DNA from: the human T2T-CHM13v2.0 reference genome, Homo sapiens
Direction: 5' to 3' (one strand)
Length of the DNA: 64,000 nucleotides
NCBI RefSeq assembly: GCF_009914755.1
Contig: NC_060934.1
The translations under genes were made by a program, and so were the position numbers. This document shows positions 12,016-25,889 of the stretch, piece by piece (positions within the stretch are counted from its first letter, which is position 1; each line of letters begins with the position of its first letter). A model generated the notes under the pieces. The model did no database searches and was not told the origin of the DNA. It saw only the letters and a list, made by a program, of their open reading frames with translations.

Positions 12016-12574
12016 GAGCAAACAATTTAATTACTGACAAGCTTTTGTTATTGATCAATTTCACAAGAAAATCATGGGAACATTTTTGAGCTGTGGAGAA
12101 TGTATAATCCTTTGCCTTCTGTCTTTTAATAAGTATTGAATCAATAATTCCTTGCCTAAAGAAAAGTATATGCAAATATTCTTGAATTTTAAAAAAATCC
12201 TATGGAAACTAGAGATGAGATTTTGTGTAGAGAAAGGTTTTCCATAAGCTCAGAAGAGATTCTCAGATGTGGAGGACTAAAAAGTTTATGATTCCATAAT
12301 CAGTACTAACTTGCCCTACTCCTTGACAATCCAATATGGATAAAAAAGACTTCAGAGAAAATGTCATCCAGTAAGCCCAGAACAGTGTTTCAAATCTCAC
12401 CATAGCCCCGTGCCACAAACTTGTCATGGAAACAGTGGTAGACCTGAAAGGGTTACATGGGCTGGGACAATGGATGTCTCATTGGCAACCAGTGTGGGTA
12501 AATGACAGGGTCGGTGAGACTCCCTGACATCTTGATGCAGCCCAAGCCTCCAGAGACAGACTTAGCCTCAAGAG

Positions 12575-12799
12575 AAGTGTTTCTCAGTCTTAGCATTGTT
12601 GACGTCTTGATCTGAATAATTCCAGTTGTGAGAATCTGTTTTGTGTATTGTAAGAAGTTTAGCACCAACCCTAGCTTCTATCTACCACACACATTTGGAC
12701 CCTCTCAAGTCATGAGATATAATTAAATATGTTTCCAGACATTACCGAATATCCCCTGGAAATTTGGAGGCTTAGGAATCACCCACTTGAGAACCATTG
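12575..12799. mobile_element. MER20 (hAT-Charlie MITE)
   Basis: TIRs aagtgtttctca...tgagaaccattg; internal tgtaagaagtttagcaccaaccctagcttcta and aatatgtttccagacatt; 8-bp TSD ctcaagag (12567-74) / ctcaagaa (12800-07). Confidence 0.88.
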
Positions 12800-13032
12800 C
12801 TCAAGAATTTTGGCTCACTTGGCCCAACATAGGTAGCAGGAGTAAGGGAAGGCCCAAGAATGACTATATTTAAATTTCCCATGAGCCAAGTTAAAAATAA
12901 ATTTACTTGCAAATAAGTATGTAAACTGAAAGTCATATCCCATATAATAACATTATGTTTACAAGACAAAAGAGAGAAGACATTTTAGTCTTAACCAGAC
13001 TACTGGAAGAAGATATCAGAAAATGTATGAAA

Positions 13033-13137
13033 ATGAGTTAATAGGTGCAGCACACCAACATGGCACATGTATACATATGTAACAAACCTACACGTTGTGC
13101 ACATGTAACCTAAAACTTAAAGTACAAAAAAAAAAAA
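13033..13137 (+). mobile_element. Short, heavily 5'-truncated L1PA 3' end with poly(A)
   Basis: ggtgcagcacaccaacatggcacatgtatacatatgtaacaaacctacacgttgtgcacatgtaacctaaaacttaaagtac(A)n. Confidence 0.95.
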
Positions 13138-13164
13138 CTACAAACTTGCTTGCAGCCTTTTTTA

Positions 13165-13838
<674 letters not shown>

Positions 13839-14009
13839 TTTGTCATCTTAATACCAGAATTTAATAAGCTGCTTTCATTCTGCTGATCTTGTTTTTATCT
13901 TTTATTCATAATGAGATTATCTAAAGATATCCAGTGCTAATCTAAGTTTGCTTGATTATATAATCAACTCAAGTTAACTCAACTAACATATTCGATTGTC
14001 TTACATATA

Positions 14010-14790
14010 CAGTCATGTTGCTTAACAATCAGGACACATCCTGAGAAATGTGTCATTATATGAATTTGTCACTGTGCAAGTATCATAGAGTATATTTAAA
14101 CAAACCTAGATGGTATAACCTACTACACACCTAGGCTGTATGGTATAACCCATTGCTCCTAGGCTACAAACCTGTATGGCATGTTACTGTACTGAATACT
14201 ATAGGCAACTGTAACACAGTGGTAAATATTTGTGTATCTAAACATATTTAAACATAGAAAAGGTAAGGTGTTGTGTCACGATGTTAAGATGGCTATGGCA
14301 TCTAATATGGTTTGGATTTGTGCTCCGGACAAAATCTCATGTCGAATTGTTATCCACAGTGCTGAGGGAGGGACCTGGTAGGAGGTGATTGGATCACGGG
14401 GGCAGATTTCCTCCTTGCTCTTCTCATGATAGTGAGTGAGTTTCCATGAGATCTATTTAAAAGTGTGCAGCATCTCCTCCTTGGCTCTTTTCTTCCACCT
14501 CCTGCCCTGTAGATGTGCCTGCTTCCCCTTCACCTTCTGCCATGATTGTAAGTTTCCTGAGGCCCCTCCAGCCATGCTTCCTGTACAGCCTGTGGAACTG
14601 TGTGCCAATTAAGTCTCTTTTATTTATAAATTACCCAGTCTTAGGTAGTGCTTTATAGGAATGTGAGAACAAATAATACAATGTCATTAGGTGATAGGAA
14701 TTTTTCAGTTCCATTATAGCCTTCTTAGGGGACCATTATCCTATATGCAGTCCATCACTGAATGAAACATTGTCATGCACGGCATGGCCG
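14010..14790. mobile_element. Tigger3-family DNA transposon, split by an MSTA LTR
   Basis: TA-flanked ends cagtcatg... and ...gcatggccg; internal caaacctagatggtataacctactacacacctaggct...ctcctaggctacaaacctgta. Confidence 0.9.
14303..14680 (+). mobile_element. MSTA solo LTR (ERVL-MaLR)
   Basis: taatatggtttggatttgtg...catgattgtaagtttcctgagg...aaattacccagtc...aataca; flanks gcatc/atgtc are compatible with a decayed ACGTC TSD. Confidence 0.9.
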
Positions 14791-15010
14791 TATGTAGACA
14801 GGAACAATTATGCTAGATACTGGGAATCTTGAAGGAAATAAAACACAATCCTTGCCCTCAAGAGAGATAAAGGGTAAGAATATTAGATGGAGATGAAAGA
14901 TATTCCATAGAGTTATATGATTTGAGACTGAAGTTGAGTGGTTAGAGATGAAAAAATTTCCTGGGATGTGTCAGGCAGAAGAGAGGAATGAGTGTAAAGC
15001 ACCTGAGGAA
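14791..15010 (-). mobile_element. L2 fragment (its other piece is at ~13960-14009, split by Tigger3)
   Basis: tatgctagatactgggaat...aaaacacaatccttgccctcaagaga. Confidence 0.6.
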
Positions 15011-15443
15011 AAACTGGGAAGATATTTCTTATATCGCCAGAAAGCTGGTAGGCTTGTGTTACGGTGGGATATTAATGGAACTTGAAGTTAGGATACTTGG
15101 GTGTCCTAACTAAACTAGTTGTTTTTTGTTAGGCCAATCTCAGACTTTTCCTATGCTTAAATTCCTTGACCTTTAAAATGAAGATGAGAAGTAAGTAAAA
15201 CTGATAATTTTTGTAAATCCTTTGAATTTTCAGTTTTTATGAATTGATGCTTAAACTGAAAACATAATAAGGCTATGACAAACATTAGGCTGGATCAAAC
15301 ACCTCCTCAACACTGAGAGATCTCAACGCTAGTGAAGATTCGGTAAATCTGTTGAGTTCAGTTGATTGAAACATAGTCCACTCTAATTCATCACATCAAT
15401 TCAAAATAGGGTTAATCTCCTGAATACACATATCTTTCTGTTA

Positions 15444-15462
15444 TAGCCACCAGAGGGAGAAG
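15444..15462 (+). promoter_or_regulatory. Candidate CTCF site
   Basis: tagCCACCAGAGGGAGAag compared with the core consensus CCASYAGRKGGCRS: 2 mismatches at the 3' end. Motif only. Confidence 0.4.
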
Positions 15463-15576
15463 GCATCTAGTATTATTCTCAGTTTTATAACCCAAGTGTC
15501 TAACGGTGCCTGGCACACAGTCAGTACTCAGTAAATACATATTTTATTGAGTTAATGCAACAGAAGAATAAATGAA
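15463..15576 (+). mobile_element. L2 3' end
   Basis: gtgtctaacggtgcctggcacacagtcagtactcagtaaatacat...gaataaatgaa. Confidence 0.75.
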
Positions 15577-15699
15577 GATGCAAATAAGATGTATGTCTCT
15601 ATTTGTCAAAATCAAGAATTGGTGACTTTTCTTCTTACAATCTTTTAAAATATAATTCAAAACTGCCTCCAGGAACCATTAGCATCCCTCTATTTTGTT

Positions 15700-16483
15700 A
15701 TTATTTTTCTTTACACTATTATTATCAGTATTGTATTAACATTTAATATGAAATCTACCCTTAACAAATTTTTAAGTGAATAACATAGTATTGCCAATTA
15801 TAGGTACAATGCTGTATATATAGTAGGATCTTTATTTATTTATCTTGCATAATTGAAATTTCATAACTTTGGAGCAGCAACTCCTCATTTCCCCTCCCCT
15901 CAGCTTGACAACTACCATTCTGCTCATGGTTTCTAGGAGTGTAAAAACATTAGTTACCTCATATAAGGCAAATCATGCAGTATTTGCCTTTCTGCTAATG
16001 GCTTACTTCACTTAGAATAATGTCCCCAAGGTTCACACTTGTCGTTGCATATGACTGATCTCCTTTTTTTTTAAGGTTGAATTGTATTCCATCTTACAAG
16101 TTTATCACATTTTAGTTACCCTTTCATCTGTCAATGAACACTTAGATTGTTTTCACATCTTGGCTATCGTGAATAATGCCGAAATAAACATGGGAGTCCA
16201 GATATCTCTTTGAGATCCTGATTTCAATTCTTTGGGACATATAACCAGAAGTAGGATTGCTGGATCATATAGTAGTTCTGTTTTTAATTTTGAGAAACCT
16301 CCATACTATTTTTTAAAGCAGTTGTACCATTCTACATTCCCACCAACAGAGTACTAGGGCTCCAATTTCTTCATATACTCACCAACACTTATCTTTTCTG
16401 TGGCTGTTGATAATAGGTATCCTAAGAAGTGTGAAGTGATATCTCATTGTATTTTTTTTTTCATGTCCATGATGATTAGTGGT
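15700..16483 (-). mobile_element. L1MA (MA8-10-like) 3' region
   Basis: aaatctacccttaacaaatttttaagt...gatatctctttgagatcctgatttcaattctttggg...ccagaagtaggattgctggatcatat. Confidence 0.88.
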
Positions 16484-16741
16484 ACTCTGGCTCTAAGTTA
16501 TACTAAGCTTGAGATGAATTCAATTTTCACCTATAGCATGCATAGAAGTGTGTCAGTGGACCTGCAAGATGTTCCTAAGTTATTCTTTTTTCTTTAATTG
16601 TTTGAATTAAGCTCTACGAATAAGCACACCTACTAAACATGCTCTGAGACAGAGCTGTGAGTTTATATCCTATTTCCAAATTAGGAACAGAAAATCTATG
16701 GTAAGTGACTTGCAAAACTTCTTACAACATAAGGCTGGAAC

Positions 16742-16925
16742 TATGGTAGAACATAATATCTAGGATTGACTATCCAGATTCAAGGTCAAACGCTGCCCTT
16801 AATATCTTGTGACCTAAAACAAGAACTTAACTTGTTGAGAACACAGCTTCCTCAGTGGTACATGAAAAGATTGGACTAATTATTTATAAAATTTCAGTCA
16901 TTTTTATTAACTTTAGAATTTTATG
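16742..16925 (+). mobile_element. MIR/MIR3 SINE
   Basis: gattcaaggtcaaacgctgcc...tgtgacctaaaacaagaacttaac...cagcttcctcagt...gattggacta. Confidence 0.6.
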
Positions 16926-17611
16926 ATAGGTTTAGCAAGGTATCAGGAAAGATAATGAATATCTATTTCAGAAAACTTTGTATTGTCAGCATATCCTTTA
17001 TTCAACATGCTGAATACAATTTTAGATCACAAATCTCTTATAGATTGTTAACTTCTCAGGAAATTAGAAACAGCTTTTTAAACTTCCTTTATGCAGGACT
17101 ATGTAGGATGATGTGAGGGTTCTTCACGCACAGCAATTGCTGATGCCATTGACAATTGTGGCAATACCATTACTCTTCTTGATCTATGGGGGGAGGTGGT
17201 TGAAACCATGCAATAATAATAAGAGCAGTAGTGGGGGGAATGCTAAAAATGGTGGTGGCAGCAGTAGTAGCAACAGTAGCAGCAGATGGCTAGAAACACA
17301 CCCTGACCTTCAACTCTTATGACTGAATGTCAGATCAAAAATCAGAACACCGGTGCCATGAATATCAGACCTATTCCAATTTATTTTAGTGAGGAAAATC
17401 TCACCTTTTTCATCAAACTCTATAGCCAAATAAACTCTACATATGTGATTTTTTTTATCTTATCCTTAGACTAGACAGTAAAAGGGAGTCTAACTTAAAA
17501 TTTGTTCATTTTTCTTTTCCAAAAATGCTATTCTATAGATATTAAAATAAGAGTTTCAGAGAATGTCTAATAGCAGAGAAAATGCACTTGAAATATTGTT
17601 AACTGAATATC

Positions 17612-17779
17612 TGTATATATATGTGTGTGTGTGTATATATGTGTGTATATATGTATATGTGTATATATGTATATTTGTGTATATTCGTATGTATATATGT
17701 GTATATATGTATATATGTGTATATATGTGCGTATATGTATATATGTGTATATATGTGTGCATATATGTATATATATATA
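17612..17779. repeat. (TA/TG) mixed purine-pyrimidine simple repeat
   Basis: Directly visible, about 165 bp of tatatgtg-type units. Confidence 0.95.
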
Positions 17780-17857
17780 GTCTAATTATTTAAAACTCAT
17801 ATTGTCCGTGTATGTGTGTGAGAAAGAGGAAAATAAAATGAAAAATATATATATATC

Positions 17858-18175
<318 letters not shown>

Positions 18176-18766
18176 TCAACATATTTTATTAATTATCATC
18201 TATGGGTTGTAGAATATTATAAGTGACTTTTCCTCTTTTAGTTGATTTGTCTCTAAGTTGTTACAAAACATTTTTCTATCTTTTATCATAAGGAAAAAAA
18301 ACAAGCAATGAGTGTTATAGGAAAATCTGCTTAAGGTTGAACGTACCATTTCAAGGACGTGTCAGCAATACAAAAAGGACAAGATTGCAAAATCTGCAGT
18401 GGGGTAGTATAGCTGGCCTTGTCACCTTGCAATAGGTCTATCAACGTTGCATGATATTTGAAGCTGATGTGGACACAGAAAAAATCTTTCGATTGACAAG
18501 AGGAAAATTGCAGTGTATGTCTTTATTATCAGAGCAAACATTAAAGGGGGTGGTGACAGCAGATACAGAGAAGTGTCCCTTACCAGGTCCCATGCTATTT
18601 CCCTGTTTTGTATGGTCTTTTTTGTTCTGTGGATGCGTAAAAGCTGTTACTTCATTATTTTAGGTATTACATTTTCAGTGTCTTGGAAAGTGGTTTTACA
18701 AAAGTTTTCCATAACAAAGATTTTGAGGGAAAGAGATGTTGTGGTTTGACTTCCCAATGGGGAATA

Positions 18767-18783
18767 TAGATAGATAGATAGAT

Positions 18784-18825
<42 letters not shown>

Positions 18826-18900
18826 CAGATAGATGATAGATAGATAGAGATAGAGATAGAGATAGAGATAGAGATAGAGATAGAGATAGAGATAGAGATA
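18767..18900. repeat. Compound STR: (TAGA)n followed by (GAGATA)n
   Basis: Directly visible. Confidence 0.95.
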
Positions 18901-19554
18901 TAAACTGACACGATGTCTTTTACTTTCAGAAATCGTTAAGCTGCCAGGTATAGTATCAACAATCCTAACCAAATTCATCTGGTAACATTTGCAAAGTAAT
19001 CCTAGGCACAGTAATAAAGCAAAAAACTGCCTGCTGTGTTCCAGCCACGGATGTTAAGTAAGGATAAGCAGGACGGCCAAAACTGACACTCCTATTTCAC
19101 TGGTCAAAAAAAAATATGAAAGAAATTACACATTACTGTAGGGGGGTGTTGCTCCATAAGACAGTAATTCAGATCTATATTAGACTTTTGGACATATTAT
19201 TCAAGGTTACTGGATTGAAGTTTGCTTTATGGGACATAAGAATTCCCTACACTGCTAAATTAAAGTAGCTTAAGTTGGCAGCTTATATATAAAATAGAAA
19301 ACTAGAATGCGACAAAACAAATATTTGGACAACACCTAAGGAAGAATTATGCTCTGTATTTAAAGAGATTTTTAAGTTCCAAAACTAAAAGGCCTATTTG
19401 TAGAGGCAAGTGAATACATCATTGTATAAGATGTAGTCAGATATAAGTGGCTGTGAAACTAGCTCATGGCAAATGCATTGTGCTGTTTCTACACAGACTT
19501 GTCCTGACCAAAGGAATTAGGACAAATGAGGAAACAAACTTAATGTGGAGAATT

Positions 19555-20546
19555 GTTTTTTTTAAAATGTCCATGTATTTCTTAACATATTAAATATTAA
19601 ATATATACACACCATAGAATCTAGTCATTCTACTTGTTAGTATTTACCAAAGAGGAATAGAAACACATATTCACACAGACTTGTATACAAATATTTATAG
19701 CAGATTTATTTGTAATATCCCAGTAGTGAGAACAACTCAAATCTTAATCAACAGATGAATTATTTAACAAATGGTATGCCCATTTAATGAAATATGATTC
19801 AGTAATAAAAAGGAATAAATTTGATTAAAGCAACAATATTTATGGATCTAAAAATAATTATACTGAGTAAAAGAAGCTAAATAAAAACACATACTGTATG
19901 TATTAGTCTGCTCTCACACTGCTATGAAGAACTACCTGAGACTGGGTAATTTATGAAGAAAAGATGTTTAATCGACTCACAATTCCACAGGCTGTGTAAG
20001 AGGCATGGCTGGGGAGGCCTCAGGAACCTTACAATCATGGTGGAAGGTAAAGGGGAAGCAAGCACATCTTCACATGGAGCAGGAGAGACAGAGCCAAGGG
20101 GGAAGCGCTGCACACTTTTAAACAACCAGATCTGGTGAGAACTCATTCACTATCACGAGAACAGCAAGGGGGAAGTCCGCACACACGATTCAATCACCAC
20201 CCCCCCAGGCCCCTCCTCCAACACATGTGGATTACAATTCAACATGAAATTTGGGTGGGGATACAGAGCCAAACCATATCACTGCATGATTCCATTTATA
20301 TAACATTCTAAAACTTGCCAGTCAATCTGTAGTGGCAGAAATCAGATCTGTGGTTATTTGAGAGTTGGTGGGAGGAGTGAACAGATTGTGAAGGGGTATG
20401 AGTAAGCTTTTGGGTTTGATATATGGGTTCCTTATCTTGATTATGGTGATAGCCTTGGGGTTTTATACATAAGCCAATAAAACATATTAAATTGTATATT
20501 TTAAATGTGCATTTTATTAAATGTTATGCCTCAATGCTGTCAAAAA
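19555..20546 (+). mobile_element. L1ME-type 3' region, split by an MSTA LTR
   Basis: aaacacatattcacacagacttgtatacaaatatttatagcag... resumes after the LTR as tgattccatttatataacattct. Confidence 0.8.
19899..20281 (-). mobile_element. MSTA solo LTR
   Basis: tgtattagtctgctctcacactgctatgaagaactacctgagactggg...gccaaaccatatca; TSD ctgta (19894-98) / ctgca (20282-86). Confidence 0.92.
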
Positions 20547-21010
20547 TGTGAAATGCCTATATGAACTCTTATTACATAGTGTAACATTGTTTGGCAAAAT
20601 ACTATATTATATATGCTACTAATATAATATAGTATAGCTGAAGTTCTGTTGAATAAATACATAAAAGAAGTAGTAATGCTACAAGATCATTTTTAATCAA
20701 TTAATATACACACTTATTTTCTATTTTAAAAAATGAACTTGATTTTGCAGCAGGGGACCACATATTTTGTTGTTGAGTAATGAAAGATGAGCTTCAGTTG
20801 AGAGACACCTTGTTCATGAGTCCTCTCACCAGAGGAACTTAGAGATCAAGAAACATTGCAGCTTTTAGTAAGCATGCTACCAAATGTAGGCTTTTCTATA
20901 TGGATGTGAATGTGAAAGGACCACTAATAAGGCTGGCAATATGGCAGCAAATGTGATTCTCCTATCACTTTATAGTGTTTATGAAATATCAAAGCAAGTT
21001 TCATTTAAGT

Positions 21011-21215
21011 CAATGGTTTTCAAAAGTAATTTAAGTAGTAAAACCATTTTTAATAAAATTATAGAATGCCAATATTATTGACAACTATATAAGAGTACTA
21101 TGGAGCTATCCTAAGTAAGCCATAACACCACGGAGCTGGTGTGTGTGGATATACAGTGTGAAGTCTGGATCATCAGGCCACTGGCCCTGCCCGCCTTCTA
21201 AAGCAGCCCAAGAGA
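21011..21215. mobile_element. Old hAT-Charlie MITE fragment (MER103-like)
   Basis: Starts with a TIR-like caatggttttcaaa; internal ggagct...ctaaagcagccc. Confidence 0.35.
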
Positions 21216-22158
21216 GAGACCACAGCTGAGGGACCACCATGCTGTGTAACCTGGGAGAGTTACCGTCAGATGTTTGATTATGTCTGACTGAATTGGCATG
21301 GACCAACTTTTAGTTAAACATGGAGGATTTAAGAAAATTATGCACCTATACTTCCTCTTATATACGACTAATTTGACTATAGTTTATTTAAAAATATACC
21401 AGAGTTAAGTAATAATAAAGCAATTACAAATAATCATTGTAATAAGTACAGGTGGCATCTACTGGATTTCATCAGCTTTCCTTATGTCTTTGCTTTGTCC
21501 TATTTTTTTTTAGGAATCTCCCTCTCTGTTACTACTCCCTTTGGATTTATCCAGTAGTCTTAGACGTCACCAGGGCCAAGCCATGCATATATAGATTGAA
21601 ATGTTGTTTTCAAAACCTACTCAAGCTATCTCTTGATGAACAAGATTAGTACCATCTGATTACAACCCTGAAGGTATATGCTAAAGAAAACTAATAATAA
21701 CATATACTATTCTTAAAATCAATCATTCTTTTTACAACATGACCGAAATAAGTCCCAGGCACTCTTTAGCTATGCTCTGTCCTCTCTTTTGGAATAATCT
21801 TTTCTTCCCTTCTAACCGTCACCTTATATTCTTATCTTTCCACCTATTCAAAGTAATTTAGTATGTCAACAATGTTTTTTCTAACATTGTTCTGTCTTAG
21901 AACTTTTTCTCCCTGCAGATCTCATCCACTATGCAGAAACCAGTAATAATCATTTGTCTCTGTAAAGGTGACTTTGTTTTAAAATTAGTTTTACAATGAG
22001 AGAGCTGATCTACTTTGGAAAAGGATCACTGTTATCAATGTGGCAAGATGAAAAAGCATGCCATATTCTATCTACTTGGTTTAATTGAACCAAGCATCAG
22101 CTTGGTTTAATTGAATTAACCGCAATGACTGTGTTTGTGTGTCACACTATTCTTTTTA

Positions 22159-22302
22159 TATTTATATTTATTATTACTATTTTTTAAGAGAGACAGGGTC
22201 TCCCTATGTTGCTCAGGCTGACCTCGAACTCCTGGGCTCAAGCAATCCTGCCTCTGTCTCTCAAAATGCTGGGATTACAGGGGTGAGCCACCATGCCCAG
22301 CC
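22159..22302 (-). mobile_element. FLAM (free left Alu monomer)
   Basis: Single Alu arm with a perfect 15-bp TSD acactattcttttta (22144-22158, 22303-22317). Confidence 0.9.
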
Positions 22303-22974
22303 ACACTATTCTTTTTAAATTTAAAGATATAAAACATTGATTTTTATTAAATTTTAAAACAGAGAACTTTTAAATAGATACAGATTACATTCAGCAGGTA
22401 TTCATGGATTACCTACTATGTATGAAGTACAGTATGCTAGGTATGGTGGGACTGTCATAAATTAGATGAGGATACCACCATTATGAAGCTAATGTAACAT
22501 TGCCCAAGTTCTGTGTACTGTTTTATTCAAAACTTCATGAATATTGAAACAGTGTTCACATTTTTCTATCAACATACAGTATTATTTGTAAGATGAAATT
22601 GTTAAATTTAATTACAAAGTGTTCAGTTTGGTTTGTTTTGCTAGACACCCTACAAGCTGTTCCTATTACTCTCTCTCACTCTAATGTTTACAAATTGTTA
22701 TAGCTTAGTGCTAAAGTGAACAGCAGAGTACTCTTCAAGATTTTCTAGGATCTTGCAGACAAATGTATACATATATTTTTTACTCCTCATGCTGTTTTAT
22801 CACTTTTTGATCCCTCCTAGGGGATTAGGCTGTGTAATTGTAAAGCTTTTTTAGGCTTTAACTATGGATTATTTGTATAATGAAAAAATAAGATAACTTA
22901 TATTATATATTGAACTGAGTAAGGGGTAAATTCAGTCATTCTCAGGTAAAAAGACAGGATAATTAGGTTCTCAT

Positions 22975-23112
22975 TCTTGTTTTTCATTCGTTCATGTATT
23001 CAATCAATTTTTTTTATTAAATAAGCACTCATTAATATGCCAGATACTGTGGTAGTTGCTGATGAGGAACCAATAAAGAGCCCATGTGGTATCAAAGGGC
23101 TTTCCTGTCTAA
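22975..23112 (-). mobile_element. L2 3' end
   Basis: ttcattcgttcatgtattcaatcaa...atgccagatactgtggtagttgctga. Confidence 0.65.
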
Positions 23113-23513
23113 TATTTATTTATTCTGTTACTCTGGAAAACTTATTTGGCATCTGGTTTCATATATTGTAAAATAAAGATAGCTGTCTCTGCCTTCTTTA
23201 TGTTCTATATTTTACCTCTTTCTCATTGTAAACTTTGTATGGTCAATGGAGAAGGATGTGGATTCAACTCTGAATATACACTATGTAAGGCACACTTTTC
23301 ATTCTCGTGTGAAACTAGTTTTATAACTCAGCTCAGAGCACACAGTAGGTTCTCACTAAAAATTTTATCTTCCTTCTCTTTTTTCTTTTCTAAGATGGTA
23401 GTGTAGAAGATAAGTTGATACCATGCACATTCAAATAATTAATTTTAAATTATGATAAACCATGGATAAGAAGTTGTGTAGCATTAATCATATTAAATTC
23501 CTTCAATTGTGAT

Positions 23514-23614
23514 GTACCTATCTTATAGGGTTGTTGTGAGGAATATATGACAGTAATGTAAAGTACTGAATATAGTGCCAAGAACACAATAAATGCTCAG
23601 TAAATATTAGCTAT
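23514..23614 (+). mobile_element. MIR 3' part
   Basis: tacctatcttatagggttgttgtgaggaat...gtaaagtactga...aaatgctcagtaaatattagctat. Confidence 0.8.
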
Positions 23615-24828
23615 CATGTCATTCTGACTTATGTCAATAAATATTAAGTATACTGTCTAGTTAATACTGTTAGAATTACATTAAATAAATAATGTAGAAA
23701 ATTTGTCCTGGTCCAGTTATCTACTGACTAGGTGACCTTAATTATGTCTTTTTTTGTTAACTTTTAGAGTCTAGATTCCTTATTCTGCAAAATGGATTTA
23801 TTGTATCTCAAGGCACTGTGAAGTTTGCAGTAGTAAGTTATGTGAAAATTTTTAAAGCATTATGATTATAAATAATATGATTATAAATTGGAGAACAGCT
23901 GCTAACACAATTAAGAAATTTAAAAATATTATTGCTTTTTTACTTTCACTCACATTTTGTTTTGTTAGATAATTGAAAACACTAAGAAGTAACTTTTAGA
24001 GAAGCTAGGTTGTACCCAGACAGTGAAAGTTTAAATAAGTTTTAAAAACTGAAAACTATTTTCTCTTTAAAAGGCATGTATAGGCAAAAAGGAAAGTCCA
24101 AAGAGAGGAAAAGAAAGCAGGAGAGATCTGAAATGACACAAGAAGTGACTCAGAATGGGAAGATTGTGCACTCCTTGTTGTCCCCTAATGCACATGGAAG
24201 TATGCAACAGAAGCTGTGAAAATAACCCAGGTGCGAAGGCCAATGGTTTTCATACATTTCAAGCTTCTCTCCGTGATGTCCTTTTCCATGTAAAATCTAA
24301 ATCAGGTGTCCTATATACATAACATGAAATGGAGATGTAATGCAACTGAAGCTAGGAAACAAAAATCTTGCCTACTAGCCTTCTCTCAAACCAGTGATCA
24401 GAACCCTGAGTTATTTCTTTGAGAGACTAAGTACAACACAGAAGCTCAAGCATAGAAATTAAGAGTTAAAATTATGTCAAGTTTCTTCACTGAAAAAGAT
24501 CCCTATTAGCCTTTGACCTAATTTTGTTAATTTATAATGGAAGTTAACAATCACTAAATGTTATTGCTTATAAATCTCTTTACCTAATTTAAAACACTGC
24601 TAGTTGTAGCTAGAAATAGGTATTTCTTTATTTCTTTTAGCTATGTATTCCTTCAAAAGAAGCTCCAGACTTTTAAAATTGCACCACCTCAGTATTTCCT
24701 CAGTTTCTTTTTTTAATACAACATACATACACACACACACACACTATCTTATATATACTAGCTTAATAAATCACATGGTATTTTAGAACAGATCAAAACT
24801 TGGAATAATCATGTGGGAAAAAAGTTGT

Positions 24829-25110
24829 AGCCAGGTGCAGTGGTTCATGCCTGTAATCTCAGCACTTTGGGATGCCAAGGCAAGTGAATTGCTTGAGGTG
24901 AAGAGTTCAAGAGCAGCCTGGGCAACATGGTGAAACCCCTCTCTACAAAAAATTAGCAAGGCATGGTGGCACATGCCTGTGGTCCCAACTACTTGTGAGG
25001 CTGAGTTGGATAGATCGCTTGAGCCCTGGAAAAAGAGGTTGCAGTAAGACCACACCACTGCACTCCACCTGTCCAGCCTGGGTGACAGAGTGAGACCCTG
25101 TCTCAAAAAA
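24829..25110 (+). mobile_element. AluJ
   Basis: Diverged two-arm Alu (ttgcttgag, gcctgggcaacat); TSD aaaaaagttg on both sides. Confidence 0.9.
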
Positions 25111-25889
25111 AAAGTTGCTGAGGTTTACCAACTTTTTAAAATATTTGCTCTTAGACAACCAGTAAAATTGTTTCTGGTACAAAAGATGTTCATGGTTTCC
25201 TTCCAATTACAAATTAAAACATATTGCTATGGTTTTGTTATAAATACTTAATCACATAAATGACAACTTCCCACACAACCAGATTGAAACATGACACCAG
25301 TGTTATACTTATCAGGCAGAGAATTTAAAATACTACTCTTAATAAAGGCTAGAATGGAAAAACAGATAACAAACAAAAGGTAGTGGGTAATATAAATAGA
25401 GAGATGAAAACTCTAAGAAAAAAATCAAAAGGAAATATAAAAATTCAAAATCACTGTAACAAAAATGAAGAGTGCCTTTGATAGGCACATCAGTAGACTA
25501 GACACAGCTGAGAAGAGAATCAGTGAGCTTGAAATTTGTCATTACCTACTTCCCAAATTGAAATGTGAAGAGAAAAAAAATTACTTAATAAAGAGCATCC
25601 AAGGAGTGTGGAACAATTAGAAAAGGTGTAACATACATTACATGTAATAGAAGAAAGAAAAAAGAAAATGAAGCAAAAGAAACATTGAAATGATAATGGC
25701 TGATCGTTTTCAGCAATTCATGATGTATAACAAACTATAGATAGATGAACCTCAGAGAAGACCAAACGGGATAAATACCAAGAAAGTACAGCCAAGCATA
25801 TTATATTCAACTACAGAAAACCAAAGACATCTTGAAGAAGTCAGTGAAAAAAGGATAAGAATGATAGGATACTTATAATCAGAAACCAT

